Positions 8,798 to 17,414 of a stretch of DNA of 64,000 bases are shown here, piece after piece. Each line of letters opens with the position of its first letter. Position 1 is the first letter of the stretch. The translations under genes and the position numbers were made by a program. The stretch is taken from contig VMEV01000006.1 of the NCBI GenBank assembly GCA_007375725.1, positions 6,929-70,928 on the forward strand. The letters are read 5' to 3'. The notes under the pieces are model-generated. The model made no database searches. It saw only the letters and a list, made by a program, of their open reading frames with translations, and was not told the DNA's origin. The DNA comes from Parcubacteria group bacterium Greene0416_36. Lineage in GTDB: Bacteria > Patescibacteriota > Patescibacteriia > VMEV01.

Positions 8798-10002
8798 AAA
8801 TATTACTCATTTCCAATTTGTATGACCCCTATATCCGGGGAGGGGCCGAGACGATTGCCAAAATTGCCGCCGACGGCCTCTCGAAAAAAGGGCATGAGGT
8901 TATTGTCTTTTCGAGCCGGCCTTACGATGGTATTACCCGCATGGGACTTCGCCAGGAGAGTGATACGATGTGGCGCCTGTGTCCGGTTAATTTATTTTCT
9001 TATTATTATATTGGGAAGTATCCGTATTGGATTCGGCTTCCTTGGCACGTAATCGACCTCTTATCTTTGTATCCTTATTTTGCGCTCCGGAATTTGATTC
9101 GCCAAATTCGTCCGGATGTAATTTTGACTCATAATCTCAAGGGATTAGGTTATCAAACGACGAAAGCGATCCATCAATCCGGCATACCCTGGATCCACAC
9201 CCTTCATGATATTCAGCTGGTGGAGCCTTCAGGCGTAAGGATTTTTGGACAGACTCCGGCCGAGAATCTATTCATCAAAGCGTATGTATCGTATTGCCGC
9301 TATTTATTCGGCAAGGCGGATATGATTGTATCGCCCTCCCAATTCCTCATTGATTTCTATCGGGAGCGAAAATTTTTTGCGGTCAGCGATGTGCGCCTTC
9401 TGCGCAATCCCGTGCCGGTATTTCCAAAAGAATCCAAAAAAACGAAAAGCGGCAAATGGAATGAGATTCATTTTCTCTATGTGGGACAAATCGAGAAGCA
9501 CAAAGGGGTAGAATTTATGTTACATGCTTTTTTTACTTATCTTTCTTTAGTTCCGGAATTCTGGAAGCCGGTCTTGCATGTGGTGGGGGATGGAAGTTTG
9601 CTCGAAGCTATGAAATTACAGTACGAGGGAGAAGGGCGCATTATTTTTTATGGCCGAATTCCACACGATTCTCTCGGGGTTTTTTTCAGCCAGAGCGATT
9701 TTCTTTTATTTCCATCATTGTGCTTCGAAAATGCTCCGGCTGTCATTCTCGAAGCTTTGGGCTCCGGCATTCCGGTTATTGCTTCAAAAATCGGAGGGAG
9801 TACGGAATTACTCGTTCACGGTGAAAATGGATTTATCTTCACTTCTAGTAACTTGAAGGAATTTTTGGACATTCTACTTTCGATTCCCAATTATTTAGAC
9901 CGTCTGGATGATCTGAAATCTGCCGCCCGAGAATCCGTGAGGCCTTATACAAAGGCGAATTATACCAAAACACTAGAAGGATTTATTGATGAATTATTAT
10001 AA
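8794..10002 (+). CDS. Glycosyltransferase family 4
   Basis: MKILLISNLYDPYIRGGAE and FENAPAVILEALGSGIPVIAS..GGSTELLVHGENGFIF. ATGA overlap with the upstream GT4. Confidence 0.8.
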   Translation: MKILLISNLYDPYIRGGAETIAKIAADGLSKKGHEVIVFSSRPYDGITRMGLRQESDTMWRLCPVNLFSYYYIGKYPYWIRLPWHVIDLLSLYPYFALRNLIRQIRPDVILTHNLKGLGYQTTKAIHQSGIPWIHTLHDIQLVEPSGVRIFGQTPAENLFIKAYVSYCRYLFGKADMIVSPSQFLIDFYRERKFFAVSDVRLLRNPVPVFPKESKKTKSGKWNEIHFLYVGQIEKHKGVEFMLHAFFTYLSLVPEFWKPVLHVVGDGSLLEAMKLQYEGEGRIIFYGRIPHDSLGVFFSQSDFLLFPSLCFENAPAVILEALGSGIPVIASKIGGSTELLVHGENGFIFTSSNLKEFLDILLSIPNYLDRLDDLKSAARESVRPYTKANYTKTLEGFIDELL

Positions 10003-10008
10003 TGATTT

Positions 10009-11157
10009 ATGAAGATTTTTGGATACAAAAAAATAGGGGGCATCATAATAATCCTTGTGTGTCTGGCCATTTGGAATGCGCGGGATTTCTTGAGAATTTC
10101 ATGGCATCAAGCAACTTATAAAGGCGGTTTCGAGCATATCAAAATTGGGGTGGAGAAAGATTTTGCCAATGTTGAATCTTTTTCAAAATTCGTGGCTGCC
10201 TCGGGTCTCGAGGGGGCGCGTTCGTTTATTTTTGGAGACCGCGGAGAAATATATGTTACGGATTCGGCCGCGGGGAAGATATGGGTCCTTCGGGATATGG
10301 ATCGGGATCTTATTTTTGAGTCGCGACAAGTATTTGCGGAGAATTTTGTGGCTCCGGAAGCGATAGTCTCCATTGATGGGAAAATTTATGTAGGGGATAA
10401 ATCTTCTGGAAAGACCTTGGTTTTTAAAATCACCGACGTCGACGGTGATTTTAAGGCTGATCAGGTTTTGCCTCTGGAGCTGGGTTTATCTCCTTTGGTG
10501 GAAGTTAGTTTTTTGTCGTGGCTCCCTTCTCGAAAAATATTTTATGTCGGGACCGTATCTCGAGCAAAGGATGATTCTCCTAAAATCGGACAAATTCTCC
10601 GCTTTGATCTGGATGGCCGTACCTTTGGACAAATCCTTACCACTCCGATTTTATTGGGATCCAATAACGGATTCAGTACCCCGGTAGCTATGGTCGAACA
10701 TCCACATACCGGAGACCTGATTGTCTTGGACCGTTCGTCAGGCCGAGAGGAAGAGCTTAATATGTTATTTGAGAATCGAGATTATGGTGCTCCGAAATGT
10801 TTTGGCCGGGATTGGGAGAATCTCTGTCCCGACAGTATCGGCAGTTTGTATGAATTCCCATTGGATATGGGTATTTCTTCCGCGGTGCTCTATACCGGAA
10901 CCCGTTTTCCGGAGGAGTTCGGAAATAATATTTTGATGGTGTCTATTGGGGTGAGTTCGGGTGATCCCAGCCTTTCTAAAAATATCATCCGTTTGAATCT
11001 AGTTCCCTTCAATGCCTCTTATGATGTGCGGCCATCCGTCTTTGCTACCGGATTCAGTCAGCCTACCGATATTGAGGTGGGGGGCGAGGGGGATATTTAT
11101 GTACTGGATGCCGAGGAAGGAGAAATTTATAGGATTGGGGTGAATTATAGGAAATAA
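10009..11157 (+). CDS. Membrane-anchored beta-propeller-like protein (NHL/SMP-30-like repeats), function unknown
   Basis: N-terminal TM helix. Repeated IYV(T/G)D..G.I.V blades (IYVTDSAAGKIWVL, IYVGDKSSGKTLVF, IYVLDAEEGEIYRI). Confidence 0.45.
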   Translation: MKIFGYKKIGGIIIILVCLAIWNARDFLRISWHQATYKGGFEHIKIGVEKDFANVESFSKFVAASGLEGARSFIFGDRGEIYVTDSAAGKIWVLRDMDRDLIFESRQVFAENFVAPEAIVSIDGKIYVGDKSSGKTLVFKITDVDGDFKADQVLPLELGLSPLVEVSFLSWLPSRKIFYVGTVSRAKDDSPKIGQILRFDLDGRTFGQILTTPILLGSNNGFSTPVAMVEHPHTGDLIVLDRSSGREEELNMLFENRDYGAPKCFGRDWENLCPDSIGSLYEFPLDMGISSAVLYTGTRFPEEFGNNILMVSIGVSSGDPSLSKNIIRLNLVPFNASYDVRPSVFATGFSQPTDIEVGGEGDIYVLDAEEGEIYRIGVNYRK

Positions 11158-11180
11158 TGGAATCATGTTGAATGCAAAAA

Positions 11181-11222
11181 GTAACGTAGGGATGCAGCAT
11201 GCTACATCCCTACGTTACTTTT
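11181..11222. terminator. Bidirectional rho-independent terminator hairpin
   Basis: gtaacgtagggatgcagcatgctacatccctacgttac followed by a T-run, between convergent genes. Confidence 0.7.
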
Positions 11223-11226
11223 TGTT

Positions 11227-11682
11227 CTACTCAATTTTCAACTCCGGATGTCGTGACTTAAAATCCATGAGATCCTGTCTTCCCAAAGCAATGATATCGA
11301 AAGCAACGATATGATCGGAGGGCCGGTAGTCGCTTTTGTTTTCGATTCTGCGGAGGGTCTTTCGAAACGGGCTGCCTTCGGTTTTGATCGTTACCGTTAC
11401 CATGGATTTGTCTATTTCTCTAAGAGCCTGCTCGAGCGTATCATTGACATCGATGAATCGTTTTTTTCCGTTTTCTTCAATATAATAAATGCGTCGAAGC
11501 TCGACCGGAGAATCAGAATTCTCGGCGAATATCTGCTCGATTTTATCTCCCGACACCTCGGTCTCGAAGGAAACTTGTGGAAGAAAAAAACGGTCGATGA
11601 ACATGTATAATGTTCCGGCGACAACGAAAATAGATAAAAATAAAAGGGTCAATAGTATTGGGATTTCTTTTTCTTCGGACAT
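11227..11682 (-). CDS. Hypothetical membrane-anchored protein
   Basis: 151 aa with an N-terminal TM helix. No recognisable domain. Confidence 0.4.
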   Translation of the reverse strand: MSEEKEIPILLTLLFLSIFVVAGTLYMFIDRFFLPQVSFETEVSGDKIEQIFAENSDSPVELRRIYYIEENGKKRFIDVNDTLEQALREIDKSMVTVTIKTEGSPFRKTLRRIENKSDYRPSDHIVAFDIIALGRQDLMDFKSRHPELKIE

Positions 11683-11770
11683 ACCTCCTAATTAGATTTT
11701 TGATAAAAATGCATTCCCTTTATAATCTGTCTGCGGAAAAAAAACAAGGTGTTTTTTCCACACAATCATT

Positions 11771-11802
11771 TTGATACGATAAAATCTTACTGTTACAATG
11801 GT
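11771..11802 (+). promoter_or_regulatory. Sigma70-like promoter (TTGATA-17-TACAAT, extended -10 TGTTACAATGG)
   Basis: Upstream of ndh. The same ctgttacaatgg.gag.atatta block recurs at 22049-22072 upstream of tkt. Confidence 0.5.
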
Positions 11803-11826
11803 GAGGATATTAAAACTTAGTTCATT

Positions 11827-13125
11827 ATGAATTCCAAACAAAGAATTGTGATTGCCGGGGCGGGTTTTGGGGGGACTTATACCTATGCCCATCTCCATAA
11901 ATATTTTCATGGCCGCCGAGACGTGGAACTGGTGATTATCAACAAGAATAATTATTTTATTTTCACGCCCCTCCTTCACGAGGTTGCCACTGGAGGAGTG
12001 GAGCCTTCCAATATCGTTGAGCCTCTGCGAAAAGTCTGCGGATGCTGTCTCCATGAATTCCATCTGGGGCAAATTGATAAAATTGATTTGGCCGCTAAGG
12101 AAGTTTGGATGGCTAATGAATCTTGCCGCCGTATTCCTTATGATCAGCTTGTTTTAGCCTTAGGAGCCACGACGGCTTATTACGGAACTCCGGGGGTGCC
12201 GGAGTGTGTATTTACTCTCAAAGACCTGGATGATGCCATTCGTATCAAAAATAACCTGATTCATTCCATAGAAGAAGCATATCATTTTCATGACTCGACG
12301 AAAGCAAAAAACAGGCTTCGATTTGTCATTGTGGGCGGAGGGGCAACCGGGGTGGAACTGGCCGCAGAACTGGCGGACTTTTGTTATGAAACTTTCTCTG
12401 CCTACTATCCTCAAGATTTAATTTCCAAAATCGAAATCATTCTTCTGTCAAAAGCAGATAGCCTTTTGGCTTCTTTTTCTCCCCATTTTCGTGAAATAGC
12501 TCATAAAATGTTACTACAAAAAGGGGTCAAAGTGCGCTTGAATGCGGGCGTTGTCCGGGTAGATTCTGATTCGATCGAATTGGATAATGGAGAAAAAATA
12601 GAAACACGAACCGTTATATGGGTCGCGGGTATAGTACCCTCAAAGTGTGATTTTATTTCGAATAAAGAAGTTCTTTTGGATCGTTCGGGCCGCATTGAGG
12701 TCAATGAATATCTGCAGATGAAGGATTATGCTGAGGTTTATGTATTGGGTGATATGGCGTGTTTCAAAAATCCTGGGGACACAAAAGTCGTGCCGGCTTT
12801 GGCTCAGGTGGCCACCAAACAATCAAAAATTGTGGCTTCCAATATCATTGCTTCGATAGACAATAAAACATATCGGCCCTTTTATTATCGTTCCTCGGGT
12901 TCTCTCCTTTCTTTAGGGCGCTGGCTCGCGGTTGCAGAAATAGGTTCTTTCCGATGGGGGGGACATTTGGCGTGGTGGATGTGGAGAACGGTTTATTTAT
13001 CGAAATTATTGTCCTGGAGCAAAAAAATGTATGTGGCGGTGGATTGGACTCTCAATTTATTTTCCCATCGCGATATTTCAGAAATTGGAGGGGGTGGGGG
13101 GAAAAAAACAGGCATTAGGCGTTAG
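11827..13125 (+). CDS. ndh: Type II NADH:quinone oxidoreductase (NDH-2)
   Basis: Two Rossmann motifs: IVIAGAGFGG and FVIVGGGATGVELAAELAD. C-terminal membrane-anchoring segment. Confidence 0.8.
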   Translation: MNSKQRIVIAGAGFGGTYTYAHLHKYFHGRRDVELVIINKNNYFIFTPLLHEVATGGVEPSNIVEPLRKVCGCCLHEFHLGQIDKIDLAAKEVWMANESCRRIPYDQLVLALGATTAYYGTPGVPECVFTLKDLDDAIRIKNNLIHSIEEAYHFHDSTKAKNRLRFVIVGGGATGVELAAELADFCYETFSAYYPQDLISKIEIILLSKADSLLASFSPHFREIAHKMLLQKGVKVRLNAGVVRVDSDSIELDNGEKIETRTVIWVAGIVPSKCDFISNKEVLLDRSGRIEVNEYLQMKDYAEVYVLGDMACFKNPGDTKVVPALAQVATKQSKIVASNIIASIDNKTYRPFYYRSSGSLLSLGRWLAVAEIGSFRWGGHLAWWMWRTVYLSKLLSWSKKMYVAVDWTLNLFSHRDISEIGGGGGKKTGIRR

Positions 13126-13200
13126 GTCATTAGCTTATTAGGAACAAGACCCAACTAGGGCTGTTCCCTAAAAAGCTAATGCCTAATAGCCTAATGCCTC
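13108..13200. repeat. Palindromic intergenic element family R2, copy 2
   Basis: ggcattaggcgttaggtcattagcttattagg...cctaaaaagctaatgcctaatagcctaatgcc. Confidence 0.75.
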
Positions 13201-13208
13201 TTGTTTAG

Positions 13209-13484
13209 CTATTCTAACTGACACTTCTCTCTCTTTTTTCCGTTTTCTTCCGTGATCGAGACTATGGTTCCTTTGTTTTTTTCACATTCCGTGCGGGCGA
13301 AATCAGGCAGGACATAGACGGGATCAGATGCAGGTAGGGCGAGCTCAATTGAATCGGCGGCTGGATTGGCGGAAATGTTATCCTCGGGAGTCGGAGTGGC
13401 CATGCGGCTCCAGATGAGCCACCCTCCCAGTCCTAAAACCAAGACGCCCCCTAGGGTGGCCAGAATAAGTCGGGTTCGATCCAT
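13209..13484 (-). CDS. Small secreted/membrane-anchored hypothetical protein
   Basis: 91 aa with an N-terminal hydrophobic segment. Confidence 0.35.
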   Translation of the reverse strand: MDRTRLILATLGGVLVLGLGGWLIWSRMATPTPEDNISANPAADSIELALPASDPVYVLPDFARTECEKNKGTIVSITEENGKKREKCQLE

Positions 13485-13495
13485 ATATTTATGAA

Positions 13496-14332
13496 TTATT
13501 TAGTATTTAAAAGCTCTTTGCATTCTTTGATGGCCCGGATCACTTCGTCTTTTTTGGCTGGCAGATTTTGAGATAATGTCACGGGGTCCTGTCTGGCCAG
13601 CTGTGAACAGAGCATGATATTTTGTTCAGAAAGAGTCCGTATCGTATGAGTGGAGAGATTATCCAGAATAGTGACGGGATACATGAGCTGAAGATCGATC
13701 ATTTGAGCGAAGGTGCGCTCATGGGGGTGGTTCCATCCAATCATGACCATGTTTTTGCAGTGGCCATACTTGAGGGATTGTTCGGAGAATTTAGCATTGG
13801 TCACGATCCAAACTTCGTCGAAATGAGGGCAAAGGCCGATGCGGTTGCCGTCGATCAAATCCATGTATCGCGCCCAAGTGGACATAGTGTCCTTGATCCC
13901 GATGAAGTCTGATGGATTGTGGCGGAACTTCGCCTCGATCATGGCCGTCCGGCCGTCTTTCTCAACCGTGACATCCACTTCATGTGTCACGCAGGCCCCC
14001 TGCAGATCTCCCGGGAGATCTGCCTTGTATCCATAGGCTGTGAGCACCGCCGCGACATATTTTTCAAAATCAAATCCCGTGGGCCCGAGGCGCAAAATCG
14101 CACTGCGGAGATTATATTTTTTGGCCAGAATCGGATGTTCTCTCCGCAAAATATGATTGAGTTCTTGTGACAATTCCCACGAGAAAATTTTCCGCCCCAA
14201 GAATTTTTTCTCCAGCTGGGCGGATATATGATTAATCGTCTCGGTCGGCGCACCCAATTTGATTAGGATTTTGGACATTTTATCTTTGGAGAAATTTTCG
14301 ATTTGTCCGTTGTTTTTGATGATGGTAAACAT
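13496..14332 (-). CDS. ATP-cone domain fused to Mrr-like PD-(D/E)xK restriction-endonuclease domain
   Basis: N-terminal MFTIIKNNGQIENFSKDKMSKILIKLG...ILAKKYNLRSAI fits ATP-cone. C-terminal FEKYVAAVLTAYGYKADLPGDLQGACVTHEVDVTVEKDGRTAMIEAKF fits the Mrr catalytic core (D..EAK). ORF is open to 14452, but the ATG at 14332 starts exactly at the ATP-cone. Confidence 0.65.
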   Translation of the reverse strand: MFTIIKNNGQIENFSKDKMSKILIKLGAPTETINHISAQLEKKFLGRKIFSWELSQELNHILRREHPILAKKYNLRSAILRLGPTGFDFEKYVAAVLTAYGYKADLPGDLQGACVTHEVDVTVEKDGRTAMIEAKFRHNPSDFIGIKDTMSTWARYMDLIDGNRIGLCPHFDEVWIVTNAKFSEQSLKYGHCKNMVMIGWNHPHERTFAQMIDLQLMYPVTILDNLSTHTIRTLSEQNIMLCSQLARQDPVTLSQNLPAKKDEVIRAIKECKELLNTK

Positions 14333-14341
14333 AGAGCTAGT

Positions 14342-14376
14342 TGAGTAGTGGGTAGGGAGTAGTGAGTAGGTAATAA
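14342..14376. repeat. Heptamer direct repeats (TGAGTAG/TGGGTAG x4-5) in the 5' leader of the ATP-cone nuclease gene
   Basis: tgagtag tgggtag ggagtag tgagtag gtaataa, immediately 5' of the start codon on the minus strand. Confidence 0.6.
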
Positions 14377-14539
14377 GGAGGGCGATGGGGATGGCTGTCA
14401 TCCTGAGCCTGTCGAAGGATCTCATGTGAGAAATCAATATTACCCAATTCATTCATATTACCAAATTGAAGGGCTCTTTGAAAACAAAAAATTGCCTCCG
14501 TTCGGGCAATTTGAGAATAGTTTTTTGCGTGACCCATAT

Positions 14540-14728
14540 CTATTTATCATAGACCCAAGCCTTGGCTTTATTCATGGCGTCTTGTAAGTCTTTTCCTGTT
14601 AGGTCGAGTTTTGTGTTTCCGGAGGATGTGCCGACGTAAATATTTTTTGTACCCTTATCCCATTTTACGGTATATGTTTTGTGCGGGGATTTTCCACCTG
14701 TAACTTTGCCGATAACTTCAGCTGACAT
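14540..14728 (-). CDS. Small hypothetical protein (62 aa)
   Basis: MSAEVIGKVTGGKSPHKTYTVKWDKG... Possibly a small beta-barrel (Tudor/KOW-like). No confident family. Confidence 0.35.
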   Translation of the reverse strand: MSAEVIGKVTGGKSPHKTYTVKWDKGTKNIYVGTSSGNTKLDLTGKDLQDAMNKAKAWVYDK

Positions 14729-14888
14729 GGTTTTCTCCTTTGTCAGAAATAGAAGGAAATATAAAAATCTGAATCGATCATATAGGAAATATCATTTTTG
14801 TCAATAGTTGCCAACCTTCGATCAATGATTTACCCTGAAATGGCGCATTCTTAAATTCTTGAAACTAAAAACTTGAAACTTATTTTCA

Positions 14889-14962
14889 GCACTCGTAGCT
14901 CAACTGGATAGAGCGCAGGCCTCCGAAGCCTGAGGTTACAAGTTCGACCCTTGTCGAGTGCA
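14889..14962 (+). tRNA. tRNA-Arg (anticodon CCG)
   Basis: Acceptor stem GCACTCG/CGAGTGC. D-arm TAGCTCAACTGGATAGAGC. Anticodon loop CTCCGAA. T-arm ACAAGTTCGACCCTTGT. Discriminator A. Confidence 0.85.
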
Positions 14963-15060
14963 CCCCACTTCGCTCTTTTGTCCGGAATTAAAACGCTGTC
15001 AATTAATTTGACAGCGTTTTTGACGCGCGATAAAATTGAGAAAATATTTTTAGAAAAACT

Positions 15061-15807
15061 ATGCACCTCATACAAAAACAAATCCTAAAAATCGCCCAGG
15101 AGCGGAATCTTCGGGAACTGAGTCTTCGCGCAATCGGCGAGCTTATTGGCGAGCCGAATAGCCCGCAGAAGATCAAGCATCATATGGAGAGTCTCATGGC
15201 CAAGGGATTGCTTGTGGCGTCTGAAGATGGTCAGTCGATCACTCCCATGTCCACGACCATTGATCCGAAGTATCGGCTGGCATCGATTCCTATCTATGGC
15301 GCGGCCAATTGCGGGCAGGCGCTCGTATTTGCCCAAGATCATATTGAAGGGTATTTGAAGTTATCTTTCGGTATTCTCGGGCCCAAGAATCTCAAGAAAG
15401 TGGGGGATCTATTCGTACTCAAGGCGGCGGGAACCTCCATGAACCGTGCGGATATAAAAGGGAAGAGTATCGATGACGGCGATTTTGTGATTATCGAGAA
15501 GACGAGCGTGCAACCGGAAGACGGGGCGTATGTGGTCTCGATCATCGACGGCTCCGCCAATATCAAGAAGTTTTTCCACAATAAAGACGAGGGGCAAATT
15601 ATTCTCCTGTCCGAATCCACGCAAAATCACCCGCCGATTTATATTCATGAAAGCGATTATTCGGATTATGTGGTGTGCGGGCGGGTGATCGATGTGATGA
15701 AAAAGCCAGATGAGCTGTGTTTCGTGCGCAACAAGGCGGCTGAGGATATTTTTCGTCAACTGGGGCCAATTTCGAGGGGCGAATATGATTATTATGAAAA
15801 TTTATGA
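15061..15807 (+). CDS. LexA-like transcriptional repressor / S24 peptidase
   Basis: N-terminal LexA-type wHTH (LIQKQILKIAQERNLRELSLRAIGELIG...HMESLMAKGLL). S24 catalytic Ser in AAGTSMN and Lys in ANIKKF. About 50-aa C-terminal extension. Confidence 0.7.
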   Translation: MHLIQKQILKIAQERNLRELSLRAIGELIGEPNSPQKIKHHMESLMAKGLLVASEDGQSITPMSTTIDPKYRLASIPIYGAANCGQALVFAQDHIEGYLKLSFGILGPKNLKKVGDLFVLKAAGTSMNRADIKGKSIDDGDFVIIEKTSVQPEDGAYVVSIIDGSANIKKFFHNKDEGQIILLSESTQNHPPIYIHESDYSDYVVCGRVIDVMKKPDELCFVRNKAAEDIFRQLGPISRGEYDYYENL

Positions 15808-16157
15808 CAAATAAACTCGAACTCCAATTCGGCGATATTGTCTGGGCGGAGTTTGCTCCCAGCGTGGCGCACCGTTATCAGGATAAGAGGCTCGCGGTTG
15901 TGATTCAATCAGCCAAACCACTCGAAAAATCGCGCCTGGTGACCGTGATTCCGCTCTCATCTCTCGTCGAGGAAAAAGGCGAGGACGATATCATGATTTT
16001 CGCCGACCTAAAAAACAAACTCAAACAAGACGCCATCGCCAAGGTCTATTGCATCTCCTCCTTCGATCACTCCCGTTTCACCAAGAAAATCGGCTCGGTC
16101 AGCCCCAAGGTTTCAGCGGATATTAAAAAATATTTGGAGAGGCATTTTGGGATTTAG
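15804..16157 (+). CDS. PemK/MazF-family toxin (putative endoribonuclease)
   Basis: GDIVWAEFAPSVAHRYQDKRLAVVIQS matches the PemK/MazF N-terminal signature. ATGA start/stop overlap with the upstream LexA-like gene. Confidence 0.65.
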   Translation: MTNKLELQFGDIVWAEFAPSVAHRYQDKRLAVVIQSAKPLEKSRLVTVIPLSSLVEEKGEDDIMIFADLKNKLKQDAIAKVYCISSFDHSRFTKKIGSVSPKVSADIKKYLERHFGI

Positions 16158-16179
16158 TTAAAAATTATTTTTTTGTTCT

Positions 16180-17193
16180 ATGATTAAAAATACTGAGCCG
16201 ACAAAAGGGGAAATTCTTATATATCAAACATCGCCCAATGAGCCCCAAATTGAAATCAAAATTGAAAGGGAAACTATTTGGTTAACCTTAAATCAGATTG
16301 CTGAATTGTTTGATGTAGATAAATCAGGTGTTTCTCGCCACATAAAGAATGTTTTTAAATCTAAGGAATTGCAAAAAGAGGCAACTGTTGCAAATTTTGC
16401 AACAGTTCAAAAAGAAGGGGGTAGGCTCCTGAATCGTACTATTGAATACTATAATTTGGATGCCATTGTTTCTGTTGGATACCGCATTAATTCGAAGAAA
16501 GGTACTCAATTCCGTATCTGGGCTAGTCAAATATTAAAGGATCATCTCGTAAAAGGCTTCACACTCAACCCAAAACGGCTTTCTCAAACCGGCCTTGGTG
16601 AATTTGAAAGAGCGCTTCGTCTTATTAAAAGCACGATTGATTCCAAAGACCTTACTGCCGGTGAGGCTAAAGGCATTTTAGATGTGATCACATCCTATGC
16701 GAATTCATGGGTTCTTCTTCAGAAATATGATGAGGGAAGTATTGGGGCTCCAAAGAAGAAAACAACTCCCTCATTCAAACTAGATTATGGAATAGCTAAA
16801 AAGGCAATCAAAAATCTCAAAGAAGATTTGTTGGATAAACAATCTGCTACTGAATTGTTTGGTGCTGAGCGAGATAAAATGCTTGAGGGCGTGTTGGGCA
16901 GTATTTACCAAACCTTTGCCAAAAAAGAGGTTTACCCTAGTATCGAAGAAAAAGCCGCGCATTTACTTTATTTCATTATAAAAGACCACCCCTTCTCTGA
17001 TGGAAACAAGCGCATCGGCGCCTTCCTCTTCATTTATTTTCTCCAGGAAAATAAATATCTCTACAACCAGCAATCCGAGCGAAAAATTAACGATAATGCC
17101 CTCGTCGCTTTGGCCCTCCTCATCGCCCAAAGTGATCCCAAGGAGAAAGAGGTGATGATCAAATTAGTTATGCATTTTTTGGGGAATAGATAA
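16180..17193 (+). CDS. RhuM-family N-terminal domain fused to Doc/Fic domain
   Basis: IWLTLNQIAELFDVDKSGVSRHIKNVF...HYNLDAIVSVGYRINSKKGTQFRIWASQ matches RhuM. C-terminal HPFSDGNKRIGAF is the Doc-type Fic motif (HxFxDGNKR). Confidence 0.65.
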   Translation: MIKNTEPTKGEILIYQTSPNEPQIEIKIERETIWLTLNQIAELFDVDKSGVSRHIKNVFKSKELQKEATVANFATVQKEGGRLLNRTIEYYNLDAIVSVGYRINSKKGTQFRIWASQILKDHLVKGFTLNPKRLSQTGLGEFERALRLIKSTIDSKDLTAGEAKGILDVITSYANSWVLLQKYDEGSIGAPKKKTTPSFKLDYGIAKKAIKNLKEDLLDKQSATELFGAERDKMLEGVLGSIYQTFAKKEVYPSIEEKAAHLLYFIIKDHPFSDGNKRIGAFLFIYFLQENKYLYNQQSERKINDNALVALALLIAQSDPKEKEVMIKLVMHFLGNR

Positions 17194-17220
17194 GAAAACA
17201 GGACGTGATTTATATTGTTA

Positions 17221-17290
17221 TCGTAGGGGCGTACCTGTGTGTGCGCCCTCAACGTGTTGTGTGGGCAGGCCCACAGGCCTGCCCCTACAC
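17221..17290. repeat. GC-rich palindromic element related to family P1 (gtaggggc...gcccctac)
   Basis: cgtaggggcgtacctgtgtgtgcgccctcaacg...gggcaggcccacaggcctgcccctacac. Followed at 17349-17385 by an AT hairpin plus T-run terminator. Confidence 0.6.
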
Positions 17291-17414
17291 AAAAACGAGC
17301 TATCCAGAATTTCCGGATAGCTCGAAAACCGCCCCTAGAACAACAACAACCTAATTGAATTAATCAAATTAGGTTGCGTTTTTTTGTTTGGGTTTCGGAA
17401 AAAAGTTGGGGGCT

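Noticed and set aside
14851-15081. 76-aa minus-strand ORF.
   Set aside because: It overlaps the tRNA-Arg gene and its promoter region, so it is spurious.
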